Below, piece after piece: positions 1-11,826 of a DNA stretch of 28,313 nt. The notes under the pieces were generated by a model. The model saw only the letters and a list, made by a program, of their open reading frames with translations, ran no database searches and was not told where the DNA came from. Source of the stretch: Peribolospora baueri (Eukaryota); assembly GCA_029717555.1 (NCBI GenBank), contig JAMDHS010000082.1, forward strand, positions 62,001 through 90,313. Reading direction: 5' to 3'. The translations under genes were made by a program, and so were the position numbers. Every line of letters starts with the position of its first letter. Within the stretch, counting starts at the first letter, position 1.

Positions 1-1483
1 AGCGATGTGTGCACGTTCTGCTCGACCTCATAGGAACGCGAGTTAGCTATGTCGTGCAGGAGGCCGTGGTGGTGATCAAGGTGAGGCAAGTTTGGTCCGC
101 CTTGGAGCACCTTGTTCCTTCTGCGCGGACGTCAGGTACTCAACTCGTTTTGGCTCCCTCCCTCCTACCCTCCCCCCCAACCTGTTTAGGATATCTTCCG
201 GAAGTATCCATCCGCGTACGAAGGCATCATCCCCACCCTCTGCGCTAACCTCGAGGATCTCGACGAGCCGGAGGCAAAGGCGAGCTTGATATGGATCTTG
301 GGAGAGTACGCGGATAAGATCGACAACTCTGTCGACTTGCTCGGCGGGTTTATGGAAAACTTCGTCGATGAGAGCTATCAGGTGGGGACGATCCTGCGAG
401 GCCTTCGCCGATTAACCGCATCCTAACCGCGTGTTTCTCCGGTGACACAGGTACAGTTCCAAACCCTAACCGCCATCGTCAAGCTGTTCCTCAAGCGACC
501 CGACGAATCGCAAGCTTTGGTCCAACGCGTCTTGACGACGGCCACAAAGGACTGCGATAACCCGGACATTCGCGATCGAGCTTTCATTTATTGGAGGCTG
601 CTAAGCACCGACCCAGGCGCTGCAAAGGTGAGCAGGGTTTCCGCTCCGCTATGAGAACACATTCTGTGACAGGCATCACGAATGGACTTGAACTCTCATT
701 GGCATTCCGCCCCTTGCATGCCACCAGTCTGTCGTTCTCGCCCCTCGGCCGCCCATCTCCATCCCTCTCACGACCGTTTCAGCGGCCTTGCTTAACGAGC
801 TCGTCTCCGAGTTGTCTTCCATCGCGAGCGCGTATCACAAGCCTGCAGAGACCTTCCTTGGCAGGGGTCGATATGGCGCCGATGCGCTGCAGCGCAAGGC
901 GAACGAGTAAGTCCGGGTATTTCGATGCGGCCTAGCTCGTGTCTGCCCCTCTTTCGAGTGCGAGGCAAATTTGCTGATTGGACCACAATCGATGGTGTTC
1001 CTACGCTCTTTCTTTTATTTCCTCAGACGCGAGGACGAGATTACGCGAGAAAGGGCGCTCCAAACGGTCGTAGCTGGCCAGAATGCGGAGAATCTGTTGG
1101 ACTTTGACGACGAGCCCGCCGCCGTCTCTGGTCCGACGGGCATTGCCGCTGATCTCGATGGTTTGAGCCTTTCGGACAGCAGTGCCGGCGAAGGCCTGGG
1201 CGGAGGCATCGGTGCACTCTCTCCCACCTCTACCGGTTCAGGTGCCGCGCCGTCGTCGAAAGCTCCGCCGGCGAACCCGCTCGACGACCTACTGGGCTTG
1301 TTCGACGCTGCCCCTCCCACCGCAGGCGTTCCGCCCGGGCTGGGAGGCCTTGACGCGCTTAGCAGTCTGGGCGGACCTTCGGGAGGGCAGGAACAGGGTG
1401 GTAGCGCTCTGTCCAACGGTGCCCACGGTGCGCAGTCCAAGCCCGTCTCGGCCGAGCAGGACCTGTTGGGCGGACTCTTCTAG
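1..1483 (+). CDS. APL2: AP-1 adaptor complex beta subunit, C-terminal part (5' end lies outside the window)
   Basis: Exons <1-80, 190-381, 451-627, 728-906, 1027-1483 splice in frame at GT..AG to give [33 protein letters not shown]...[21 protein letters not shown]...[22 protein letters not shown]..., the beta-adaptin trunk. The disordered hinge has a clathrin-box-like LLDFD and DLL motifs and ends DLLGGLF* with no ear domain, as known for fungal Apl2. Beta-1 rather than beta-2 is inferred from the tail. Confidence 0.9.
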
Positions 1484-1746
1484 TTTCTCTCTTTCGTCGC
1501 TCGCTCTCGGTCTTGGCCATGGTGACAATATGACAACGTGTGGAATTAGACGATCAGACGCGGATAGGGAGGAGAAAGAGATCGTTAACGGCGGCGAATG
1601 TGAAGGTCGGACGACAGCGGGAGCGATGCCGACGGGAAGGGGAGAGGAGGTCGCGTCGAGGCGCGGAACATAGGCACATGGAGTGGGTCACATGCGGCGA
1701 CATCGGAACCCAGTGGCGAGGCGCGAGGGACTGAGTGGCCGATTCG

Positions 1747-4356
1747 TTAAAGCCTGGCGGGGACGTAGGCGCTCCACTGCCGCTTGCTCTTCACCTTGTC
1801 CAGGTCTTGCGGCGTGATGGGCTTGCAGGTGTCTCCGGCGTTGTAGCCAAGCCTGACGGAGAAAGAGAGCGGTACGGACGACGATCCGAAGTCAACGTGA
1901 AGAATCACAAGGGACGGAAAAAAGGGGCGGTTCTAAGAGGAATAAGCCAAGCCGGCCGGGTCAAAAAAAAAAAAAGAAAATACTCACCGATCCACGCCCG
2001 TCTCGCCGCCGTCCTTCCAAAAGGCGGGTTTGGCATATATGTTGACGGCACAGCTGCCTCCGAGGCCGATGTTATGGCTGAGGCCGTAGCGGACGTTTGG
2101 AGCTTGGAGGGCGCCGGCTACGCCGCGGACTTGGTCGACTATGTACTTTGCCATGCCGATGCTTTTTTTGGTGGTGGTTTGGTGGCGGAGAAAAGTGTCA
2201 GCGGTACGAGGACGCGTCTCAAGCTCGGAGGGCACCTAAAAAGGCCTGAGCGCGAGCGATCGTGGCAGGGTGGCAGGTCGACTCACCCAGTTGCGCCGAG
2301 CTACACGTATGAAAGAAGGAGTGGGGTGAAAGGAAGAGGGAAAGGAAGAGAAGTTTATTGGCGGGGTATGACGGTCAGACCTCCGGACCACGAGGGCCGT
2401 TTCCTTGTGTATGGTTGAACTCAAAGAGAGAGAAGAGACAGGAAGGGGGGGACGTACGGGATGACCTTTCGACTCCAAACCGCCAGAGGGATTGATCACC
2501 CACTGTGAACGCAGAATCAAACAAAGTAGGTCAGAAGAGTCAAGAGGCGACGTCGTCGGCAACACCGTCCGTCCACACTGAGCAGTTGAGCTGAGCATGG
2601 GTCGGGTCCGGGGCCCTCCCTCACCTTGCCTCCATAAGTGTTATCACCAGCGTCGACGATCTTGTGCGCGTCGCCGTCGGCGCAGAGGCCCAACGCCGGG
2701 TAGGTGACGAGCTCGTTGGAAGCGAACTGTTGGGGGCAGGAGAAGATTTCGATGGGAGATTTACGGATCAGTCGCAAGGTTCCGTTTCCCCGCTCCGGTG
2801 AGAAAAACGGGAGAGATGAATTGATGGACGCACGCAATCGTGCAATTCGATGACCTGCACATCTTGAGGAGTCACGCCCGCCTCTTCAAAGGCATTCTGG
2901 GCGGCCTTGCGAGTCACTTGAAGGCGAAGATGAGAGTGGAGTGGGGGGGAAACGAGAAGGAAAGAAGGAAGTCCGCATGGCTCCTCTCAATCGTACTGAC
3001 CGCGATATGCCCTCTTCCACTCACTATCAGCACCAGCCAACTCGATAGCGCTCCTATCCTCATACAACCTGGCGCTATCGGTAGCCATGCCCATGCCACA
3101 CAACTCGACCGCCCAATTCTCCAATCCCTTGCTCCTCACAAACTCCTCACTCGCCACCACCGCTGCCGCTCCACCGTCCGAGGTGGGCGAGCACATGGGC
3201 AAGGTGAGCGAGCGGGTGATCTTGCGGGACTTGAGGACTTCTTGCGGGGAAGGGCTTACTCGAAACTGCGAGTAAGGGTTGGCGACGGAGTGGGCGTGGT
3301 TCTTGGCAGCTGGATGAAGGGAAGGAAAAGAGAGGTGGCGAGGAAATAATGGGGATGGCCTTGTTAACGTCAAGCATCCCAAGTCACTTCAAGCGACGAG
3401 CGAAGGAGGGGCGATACACATAACCGACGCACCGATCTTAGCGATATGCTCCGCCCTGGCGCCGTATTTGGCACAGTACTCGTCGCCGGCGGCGCCGAAA
3501 ATCCTCGCAGCGAAGGGGCCAAAGTCGTCATCCACTCCGCCCTCCTCCTGGATTTCGCTGAGAAGGCTGAGCGTGCCCTCGAGTGGATTGCTGCGGTCCA
3601 TCCAGGCCGAGGCGAGCGAGCCCGCGGCCATCTTCTCGAAGCCGAGGGCGAGCGCGCAAGAGGCCTGGCCGGAGCGGACGGCGTTGGCAGCAAGCCAGAG
3701 GGCCGATGAGCCCGTAGAGCAGTTGTTGTTACTGTGAAGCAGGGCATAGCGGAGTTGAGACGAATACGGAAACGGTGAGATTCGCCTGTGAACTAAAAGA
3801 AGCAGCTACGGGGAGTCTGACGAAGGCCTGGGCGGGGAGGAGGCTCACACGTTGAACACGGGGATGCCGGTGTTGCCGAGGAGGTAGAGTGCGCGCTGGC
3901 CACACTGTCAACGCGATGGCCGTCGGTCGCGATAGAGAGGCGAGCAGAAGTCAAGTTGCTTCGCTTAGCCTAGTTGACCTCGTTTCATTCGCTGACCCCA
4001 TCGTCAAGGTCGGACAACACAGCTCTGAGGCTCACAGTGCTGTCGCCGTAGCAATATCCCACGTAAGCTTGCTGCACGTCATCGTAGTTCACGCCGGCGT
4101 CCAAGAGCGCTTTCACGGTCGCCTCGGCTCCCAGCTCAGGATAGTCTACGCGGTTGCGAGGCTTCTCAAAGGCGGTCATGCCCACGCCGATGACTTGGGG
4201 AAGGTGGGATGGGATGGCGAACGAACGAAATCAGGCGGAACGATCGGTCAGAACAGCGTTTGCTTCACGCCTGCTTGCGAGCCCGCCAGCAGCCAGACGG
4301 GAGGGAGCACTCCGCCGCTTCTTCCACCACTCACTGTACGCCTTTTTCGCCGACAT
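1747..4356 (-). CDS. SCP2-type (sterol carrier protein X-like) thiolase, peroxisomal, without an SCP2 C-terminal domain
   Basis: 11 exons (4356-4335, 4193-4036, 3904-3849, 3731-3433, 3309-3025, 2916-2834, 2726-2625, 2502-2458, 2300-2287, 2161-1988, 1852-1747). Product [19 protein letters not shown]...[15 protein letters not shown]...[13 protein letters not shown] (catalytic Cys)...[13 protein letters not shown]...IELHDCFASNE...[17 protein letters not shown]...HNIGLGG; HDCF and HNIGLGG are SCP2-thiolase fingerprints. Ends VPARL* (PTS1). Confidence 0.93.
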
Positions 4357-6318
4357 TTTGTGGAACGATCGCTTGCAGGCTCGAGATGGTTGGAGAAAAG
4401 AAAGGGTGCCTGGGCGGGCTAAAGTATGGGGAGTCGTGGGTGGCTAGATTGGCCGTCCACTCTCAACGTCCTTTCAAATGTGAGCTGGCCTCGCAAGCGA
4501 TGATCCGTCGACGAGGAGGAGGACAGATATGAATGACCATTGCACGAGCCAAACTCGCCCAGCGCCGTCGCTCGGCCCGCGGAGAATGCGGGGTTGAAAG
4601 CCGCCCGGCTCCGGCTAATCCGGGCCGTTGAACGCCGAGCGAGCGAGCGCGCCTACATGCGTCCCGCCTCCGATGCGCCTTTCTTAACGGATTAGATAGA
4701 TCGTCTGGGGCTCCGAATCAGGCTCGAGGGTCTATGTGAGGGATAGGAATAGACTTGTGCGGTGCGGTGCAGACAAGGAACTTGACGCAACGCTGTGGAC
4801 GATGTGACCAATGGATGGACGGAGGTACAGCGTGGGCCTGGAAGGTAATATCGGGAGGCCGGGTGAGGCTCGGAGACTATGTGGTCAGGTACCCGCTATC
4901 CTACACACACATGTCTACGCAGAGGGACAGTACATCAGCTGGAGTGGTCCGAGAGGGAGGGGGTTGCCTTTGCTGTGCGGCTATTATGACAAACGGAAGG
5001 GGCCCATAGACGAGAAGGGATATATTCTCGATGAGGGTAAAAGGGCTCTCGGGATATGTAGCCAGGCAAGACGATGGGCGCGGAGAGGACATTGGTCTAA
5101 CCTCGGGGAGCGAGACTGCTCTCGAGTTTGATGACAGAGTCCGACCATCCAAGCTGAGATCAGTGGCTACGAATGGGACCCGTACTGTCTGTCCGCTTGA
5201 CAGCCGTCTTCTGTAAATTGTAACATTGTGGACGTTCCAGACTGCTTTCGGGATGCGGTAGGTTTGGATGGATGACCCCCATCACCTGGCGAGAGAGACG
5301 CGGGCGTGAGCAGACGGAGGCAGGATGGGAACAAGGTCGCTGTCGCCTGTCGCACGACTTCGTTGCCACTACACCGCACGCAGCGTGCCAACGCAGCAGG
5401 CAGACGGCGTCGAACGACGGTCAGGGCGTACATGTCGTGTCCAAGGGCGGGTGGTCCAGCGGCGGCGAGTGGAGATGGGCACTGGCGCCTGGGGCGCACA
5501 AGTGGGTCTCCTTCCGTACTTACTTAAGCCGTTTTCCAGCGCCGTTTCGTCATTATCTTTTTCTTTTCTGATCGCATTGCTTGCGCCGCTTGCCGACATG
5601 ATCCGTTCCTGGCAAGCGTCGGTCGGCCTTGCGCTTCCCGTCCTTCTCGTTCCATCAACGGCTTTGGTTCCTTTTTCCCCAATTTGTTCCTCCTTCCATC
5701 CCCATCCGCTGCCCGCTGCCAGGCCCCTCCTCGGCTGCCGATCCCCAATAGGGAGGGAGGGAGGGGCCCCTGCCACGCGGCGAGCAACGCATTCCACTCT
5801 GCTCCAGGCCCCGTCCATCTGCACCATGTACGGCTGTGTGAACACTGTGGGCGCTTGTACTTGCTTGCGCCTGTGTGGGGCGTACAGGTACCGAGCGTAC
5901 GCGCAAACGGCGGTCGAGTGCCCTCTGCCAAGGCAATGGAAGAAATGACCCCGGGCCTTACGTAGCCCAGAAGGAGGAGAGAAACGTGGGGTGGACGGAC
6001 GAGACGCCGCGGGGTGGAACATGAACGTCCCGCCGGTGATCGTCAGGAGATGGACACGGAGCCCGGCTACAAATATTTATACGGCGTCCGATCTTCAGAC
6101 CTCTTCTCCCCTCTTCTTCATCCCGCACGCACCTCTCCCATCTTCCTCGCCCACTCCGACGGCCCCGCGGTTGACACTGACACTTGCGTCTCCTCCGGTC
6201 GCAGCTCCCTGCTCCACAGTCCATCTCGCCAGCAGGGCCTGACCTAGCTCGCGTTCCTCTTCTGCTCCGTTGCTCACAGCTGCAACTGGCACGGCGCTTG
6301 AGAAACAACACGAGCAAG

Positions 6319-9300
6319 ATGCGCCCCTCCCGTCGCACTTCGAGGTCAGGCGCAGTCCTGTCGCTTGCCCTCCTCGCCCTCTCCCCCGCCGTCCATGTCC
6401 TCGCCGCCCCGGCCCCCGGCTCCTCCGCTTCTGCCTCAACCTCTGCATCCCTTCCCACCGTCTCTTCGGCCCTCTCCTCCACGACTTCCGCCCCCTCCGC
6501 CGTATCCTCCTCCTCGGTTGGCACCACCTCAAGCACCTCCGTATCTACCGCCGTGCCCTCCCCCGCTCTGCCTTCCTCGGCCACTGTCAGCGAGGGTCCT
6601 CAGCCAACGCTGCAGCCTACTTGCGATAGTCCGCTTTACTGCCCAGGAGAGATGTAAGCGTTGCACAAAAGTGGCTAAGGACAGCTCCGGGACACGCCGG
6701 CTCACGTTCCTATGCGCAGGAGGGAGGATGTTCTCGGACGCGCATCGCAAATTGACACCACCTCTTCTTCCTTCATCCTCGCTCTTCGCCCTGACCCGCG
6801 TAGTCTCCAGACCGTTCAACTGGCGCAGCTCTACTCGGACGCCAAGACCTTTGTGGACAAACCCACCGTCCGACCTCTGGACGAAGTCGTCGCCGCCTTC
6901 TATGCTTTGGGCAACAACAACTCCTCTTCCTCCTCGACCAACAACACCAGCTCCAACTCGACCAACGTCTCTCCCACCGTCGCCGAGCTTGTGGCCTGGG
7001 TGGACACCTACTTTGGAGGAGAAGGACAGGAGCTCGTCCCAGCGACGCTGGACGACTTTGTCGACTCGCCCAAGTTCCTCGACAACGTCTCTGATCCTAC
7101 CGTCAGGGGCTGGTTGAGCCAGGTGCATGGTTATTGGAAGGATTTGGCCAGGTCGGTGAACGGTGAGTGAGCCATGCGTTGGTGAAGCAGCGGACGGTGG
7201 GATGGCGACCCAGTTCACCGTCATAGTCACGCTCACACATCTCCGTTCTTTCCGGTCCTTGTTTCCTTTCGATCCGCGCTCCGTTCCGCCCACGTTCGCC
7301 CCCCCGCCCCCACCCCCCCCGCGGATTAATCTAGACACGAGCGCGTGTGAAGGTTGCGTGTCGTCCTTCATCCCCTTGAACCACTCCTTCGTCATTCCTG
7401 GCGGTCGCTTCAGGGAACTCTACTACTGGGACACTGTAAGTCACTCTTTCCCTCATCCCTTCCCCTCTTGGAACGACTCCCTCAATTTTAGTTTGTTCAC
7501 CTTTTGCTCTCGTCGCTCACTCTCCATACCGTCTTCTCTTGTCGTCACATCCTATACCACTTCTCGCACACGACAGTACTGGGTTCTTGAGGGTTTGCTC
7601 AAGTCCGAGCTCTACTCCGTCGCTCGTAACGAGATGGAAAACTTCCTCGACTTGCTCGACAAGTTTGGCTTCATCCCCAACGGCAACAGGTGGGCTGTGT
7701 GCTCGAAGTTACGTGGCCAGGAAGAAATCCGCTGACAGTCGATGTCGACGTCGCATGGCCTCCAGGATCTACTACCTGAACCGCTCCCAGCCTCCTCTCT
7801 TCACCCAGATGCTCGACCTTTACCAGTCTGTCACCAAGGACCTCTCCCTCCTCCCTCGTGCTCTCCCTCTCCTTGAGAAGGAAATGTCTTTCTGGCGCAA
7901 CAACCGCACCATCTCCCTCAGGAGTCCTTACTCTGGCAAGACGCACAACGTCACCCGTTATGCTGTGCACAACAGCGCCCCCAGGCCAGAGGGTTACACC
8001 GAGGACTATCAGACGGTCGAGGGTGACCCGTCTCTGAGCAATGCGCAGATGGATAGCTTGTACGAGGATCTGGCCAGCGGTGCCGAGGTGGGTCTCGATT
8101 CCACGTCTAATAGGCGTTTAAAGGTTTAAAAAAGGCCAGGCCAAGCCAGGCCACTTTATTGCTCTTGCTCCCCTCACTCTGACCCTTTCTCGTACTTCGT
8201 CTTTCTGCAAAGTCCGGGGAGGATTACTCGGCGGCCCGATGGTCCACCTCTCCTTTCCCGCCCGACGGAAACATTTCCAACACCACGCCCGCTCTCCGCC
8301 ACCTCAACACGGCCGCCCAGGTGCCCGTTGATCTCAACTCGGAGCTCTACCGAAATGAAGTGCTTCTGGCCGAGATGTACGGCATGCTCGACGCCGCGCT
8401 GAAGAACTCGAGCTCGAGCTTGTCCAACCTCACGGAGCGATCTCAGGACGACGATACGGCCTTTTTCGTCCGAGGTTTCGAGCCCCTGCTCGCCGAGCGT
8501 ACCGCCAATCTCACCCGCGCCAACGTCTCCATGGCCCCCCTCAGGGCACAATACTGGCGCGAGCAGGCCGCGGCCCGCAAGGCTGCCATCCTCGACCTCT
8601 TCTGGGACCCGGAGAGGATGTTCTTCTACGACTTCAACACGACCGCCTCCGCTCGTGCCACCACGTGGACCGCTTCCTCCCTCGTCCCCTACTGGGCGGG
8701 CATCGTGCCCTCGGAGGTGCTCGAGAGCGAGAAGAACGCCCAAGCCGCGTTCGCCGGCCTTCGATACATCATGGATCGGTACAACGGGAGCGTACCCAAC
8801 ACGCTCCTCCAAACCGGTCAACAGTGGGATCTGCCGAACGCGTGGCCTCCGTCGACCTACATCGCCGTCAAGGCGCTCCAATCCCTCCCGTCCAACCTCA
8901 CCAAGTCTTCTCTGCCCAAGCCCCCGGCTAGTAACTCCTCCTACGCCCTCGTGCCCTCCGGCCAGCTTGGCCTCGCCGAAGGCGCCATGGCCCTGCAGCC
9001 TTGGAGCGTCGGCAACGGGACCGTGAACCCCGCTCTTGCTGGTCACGCTACCTCCAATGTCACCTCCTCCAATGCCACCTCCTCCAATGCCAAAGGATGG
9101 ACGCAGGAGCTCGTGGTCGAGATCGCTAACCGGTACATCACTTCTGCTCTTTGCAGCTGGTGCGTGCGGCATGGCGCCAACACTGTCTTCTTTCCTCCCC
9201 TTTCTTGCCCCTTTAGCGGGCCGGTATGAAACGCAACGTCTAACGAGTTCCATTCCCCGAACACCCTCCGTGTTTCCAGGCACTCCACCGGAGGCTCCGT

Positions 9301-9811
9301 ACCCGGACTGCTTCCTCGTCTGCCCGATGATCAGCTCAACGCTACGCATGCCATCGGTCAGACGGGTATCATGTTTGAAAAGTAAGTCGTCCCTTCTGCG
9401 CGGCCGCCGTTCTGTTTCCTATTCCAACGATTCCTGCTCATTTCGTTCGCTTCGCCGGACCCCCTCACGCTACTACACTCGCTCAGGTTCTCCGCCTTCG
9501 ATGTCGACGCTGCTGGTGGCGGTGGCGAGTATACCGTCCAGACCGGTTTCGGGTGAGCTGTCCAGGAAGAGCGAGCGTATTTTCTCTTCTGGTATGTCTG
9601 TCATCTCTGCTCATCGTCGTACTTCGTTTCTCTCGCAAACCTTGCCCCCCTTCCCCCCGGTCCCAGTTGGACCAACGGCGTGGCCATCTGGCTTGGCGCC
9701 GAGCTCGGAGACGTCATCACCAAGCCTCAGTGCCCGCCCATCATTGTCGGTGGGACGAAAGGCTCGACGAGCTCGAGGAAGAAGAGGAGCCCTTCCGGCT
9801 ACTTCGCCTGA
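6319..9811 (+). CDS. Secreted alpha,alpha-trehalase, glycoside hydrolase family 37
   Basis: 9 exons (6319-6653, 6804-7162, 7335-7435, 7577-7689, 7766-8087, 8213-9159, 9280-9381, 9487-9552, 9667-9811). Hydrophobic signal-like N-terminus (AVLSLALLALSPAVHVLA) and Ser/Thr-rich linker, then CDSPLYCPG, DAKTFVDKP, PGGRFRELYYWD, GFIPNGNRIYYLNRSQPP, PRPEGY, ASGAESGEDYS, PVDLNS, QQWDLPNAWPP, MFEKF, GGGGEYTVQTGFGWTNGV, all GH37 signatures. Confidence 0.94.
9049..9090 (+). repeat. Imperfect 15-bp coding tandem repeat in trehalase (TSN-VTSSN-ATSSN-A)
   Basis: acctccaatgt cacctcctccaatgc cacctcctccaatgc seen directly. Confidence 0.75.
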
Positions 9812-10250
9812 GCTCCACGTCCCCCGACCATCTGAAGGGGTGCGCTTGAACGAAACGGCGCGCATGCGAAACTCCGAAACCCCCTCGCTGGTTCGTGCCT
9901 CTTCTTGGAAGGACGCATCGTTCTCTCCCGCAATGCTGCTCTGCTCGCCTCGCTTGTGCCCTACTAATTACCCTGCCCTCCCACGAGCGCGGCCATGACC
10001 ACGGAACAGTTCGCTCCCCGGAACGAAAGGAAGGAAGGAGTTGAACTCGGCGTTCATGGTCGAAATGTAATGAACTCACTAGCGAAATCGATGACGGCCG
10101 GTCAAGTGGGATCGGGTCGACCGACCCTGCGAAACCCTGCCTCCCGATTCGCCCAATTCCGTCTCTTCTTCCTTTTGTCCCTTTCGTCGTCTGATCACAA
10201 AAGTCCCCAACGGCGTGTGGAAAGAACGGGTGAAATCGGAGGGACCTCTT

Positions 10251-11826
10251 TCAAGCGGTCATCGCGCCGTCCACGGTGACCTCTCCTCCGCTCATGTACG
10301 AGCTGTCGTCGCTGGCGAGGAAGACCTGTGCGGTGGGTCCGACAAGGTGAAGAGAAAGACGAACGTCAGGTCAGGCAGAGTGTGGACGGGAAAGGGGAAC
10401 GAATGGTGTGACTACATGAACGGCATGCTCCTCCTTTCGAGAAGAGGGACCGTGCGACCGTTCACGGCGTGAGCCGAGCCGAGCCGAGACGAGACGTGAC
10501 GACACTCACCACGACCTTGGCGATCTCGGTCGGCAGCCCTACCCTCCCTAGCGGCGTCCTCGCGGCACCCAACTCGCGCTCGTCCGGACGGGCGATGTCG
10601 AGGAAGGGCGTCTCGATCGTGCCCGGGCAGATGGCGTTCACTTGGATTCCGATTCGAAACAAAGATAAGGGAGTGAGGGTGGGGTGAGCACGGGGGGAGA
10701 GAGGGGAAAGCGACGACGACGGCGCACGTTTGTACGGGAATGTAGGCTGTGAGGACGCACCTCGGATGCCTCGCGGGCCCCATTCCTTAGCGAGGCAGCG
10801 CGACAAACCTCGGATGGCCCATTTGCTTTGATTTGAAGGACAGCGCAATAACGAGGGACGCCCAGCGTGACATTTCGTTCGTGAAGATCAGACCGGACGC
10901 TCTCGATTGCCGGAGAACTACCGTCGGGAGTTGGAGAAGCAGATCGGAGACTCACGACATGCTGTACGGGGTGTTGTCCGGGTAACCGCCCAATGCGGAG
11001 ATGGAAGAGGTGATGATCTGTTTCGATCGAGGGCCGTAATGGGGTGAGAGAAGGCTCTTTCTTTGCGTTCACAATCGACCCGTGCCGAAGAAAAAAAAAA
11101 AAAAGAAAAAAGGAACGAGAGCCAGCGACGCACCACTGAGCCGCCTTTTTCGAGGTGCGGCGAGGCGTACTTGCAGCCGAGCCAGGCTGTGAGCCGGACA
11201 GAAATACAAGACGGGACGCGTGAATGGATGGTCCTGGGTCCTCCGCTTTGGTCCCTTCCCACTCATAGGTATTCGAACTCACTGCCCCGTCCGTTCACGC
11301 CCATGACAAAATCAAACTCGCTCTGCTCCCTTGCCTCGATGGGCCCAAACTTGCCGAGCACGCCGGCGTTGAGGAAGACGACGTCCAGCCGACCTCCCCA
11401 ACGCATGGCCGCCTCCCGGGTGTAGCGCTCGACCTGTTCGGCGCTGGAGACGTCGGCAGCGATGGTGTGGACTCGTTCGAAGATGTCGCCTTCCGCGACG
11501 AGGTCCGGCATGGAGAGGAGGGATGTCCAGGCCTTGTCGAGCGCGGACTTCGAGATATCCACGAGGGTCACGCCGCGAGCGCCGGCTGCGAGGAGGGCGA
11601 TGACGGAGGCGAAGCCGATGCCGCCGGTGGCGCCCTGTAGAGCGAGCCAAGAAAGGAGGGGTTGGGGAGGGGAAGAGGAAGACAAGAAGAAAGGAAAAGG
11701 TGAGGAGAGGGTGTCGGTCTAGCCGTTGGGCATTGTTCGCGCAGGCGTTGGAGAGCGGGCACGTTTGGGCATCTCGCTCACCGTCACGAGACACGCTTTA
11801 CCCTCAAGCGATTGTTGGGAAGACAT
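10251..11826 (-). CDS. Classical short-chain dehydrogenase/reductase (SDR), substrate unknown
   Basis: 7 exons; MSSQQSLEGKACLVT|GATGGIG (TGxxxGxG split by an intron), VTLVDI (acidic residue suggests NAD(H)), LDVVFLNAG, IITSS, YSMSK (YxxxK), IRVNAICPGTIETP, TPLGRVGLPTEIA, VFLASDDSSYMSGGEVTVDGAMTA*. Confidence 0.9.

Noticed and set aside
4735..5225. TGT...ACA-bounded segment as a solo LTR; ORF 4811-5131
   Set aside because: Flanks (GTCTA / TTGTG) are not a target-site duplication, no second copy in the window, and the ORF has no recognisable motif.
8213..8242. Trehalase SGEDYSAARW instead of SGWDFSSRW as a sign of inactivity
   Set aside because: The catalytic Asp is retained and, as I recall, secreted fungal GH37 enzymes vary at this position.
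8174..9349. 391-aa minus-strand ORF and other long ORFs opposite real genes (e.g. 6529-7395, 1735-2418, 23354-24181)
   Set aside because: Antisense shadows of GC-rich coding exons; no family motifs.
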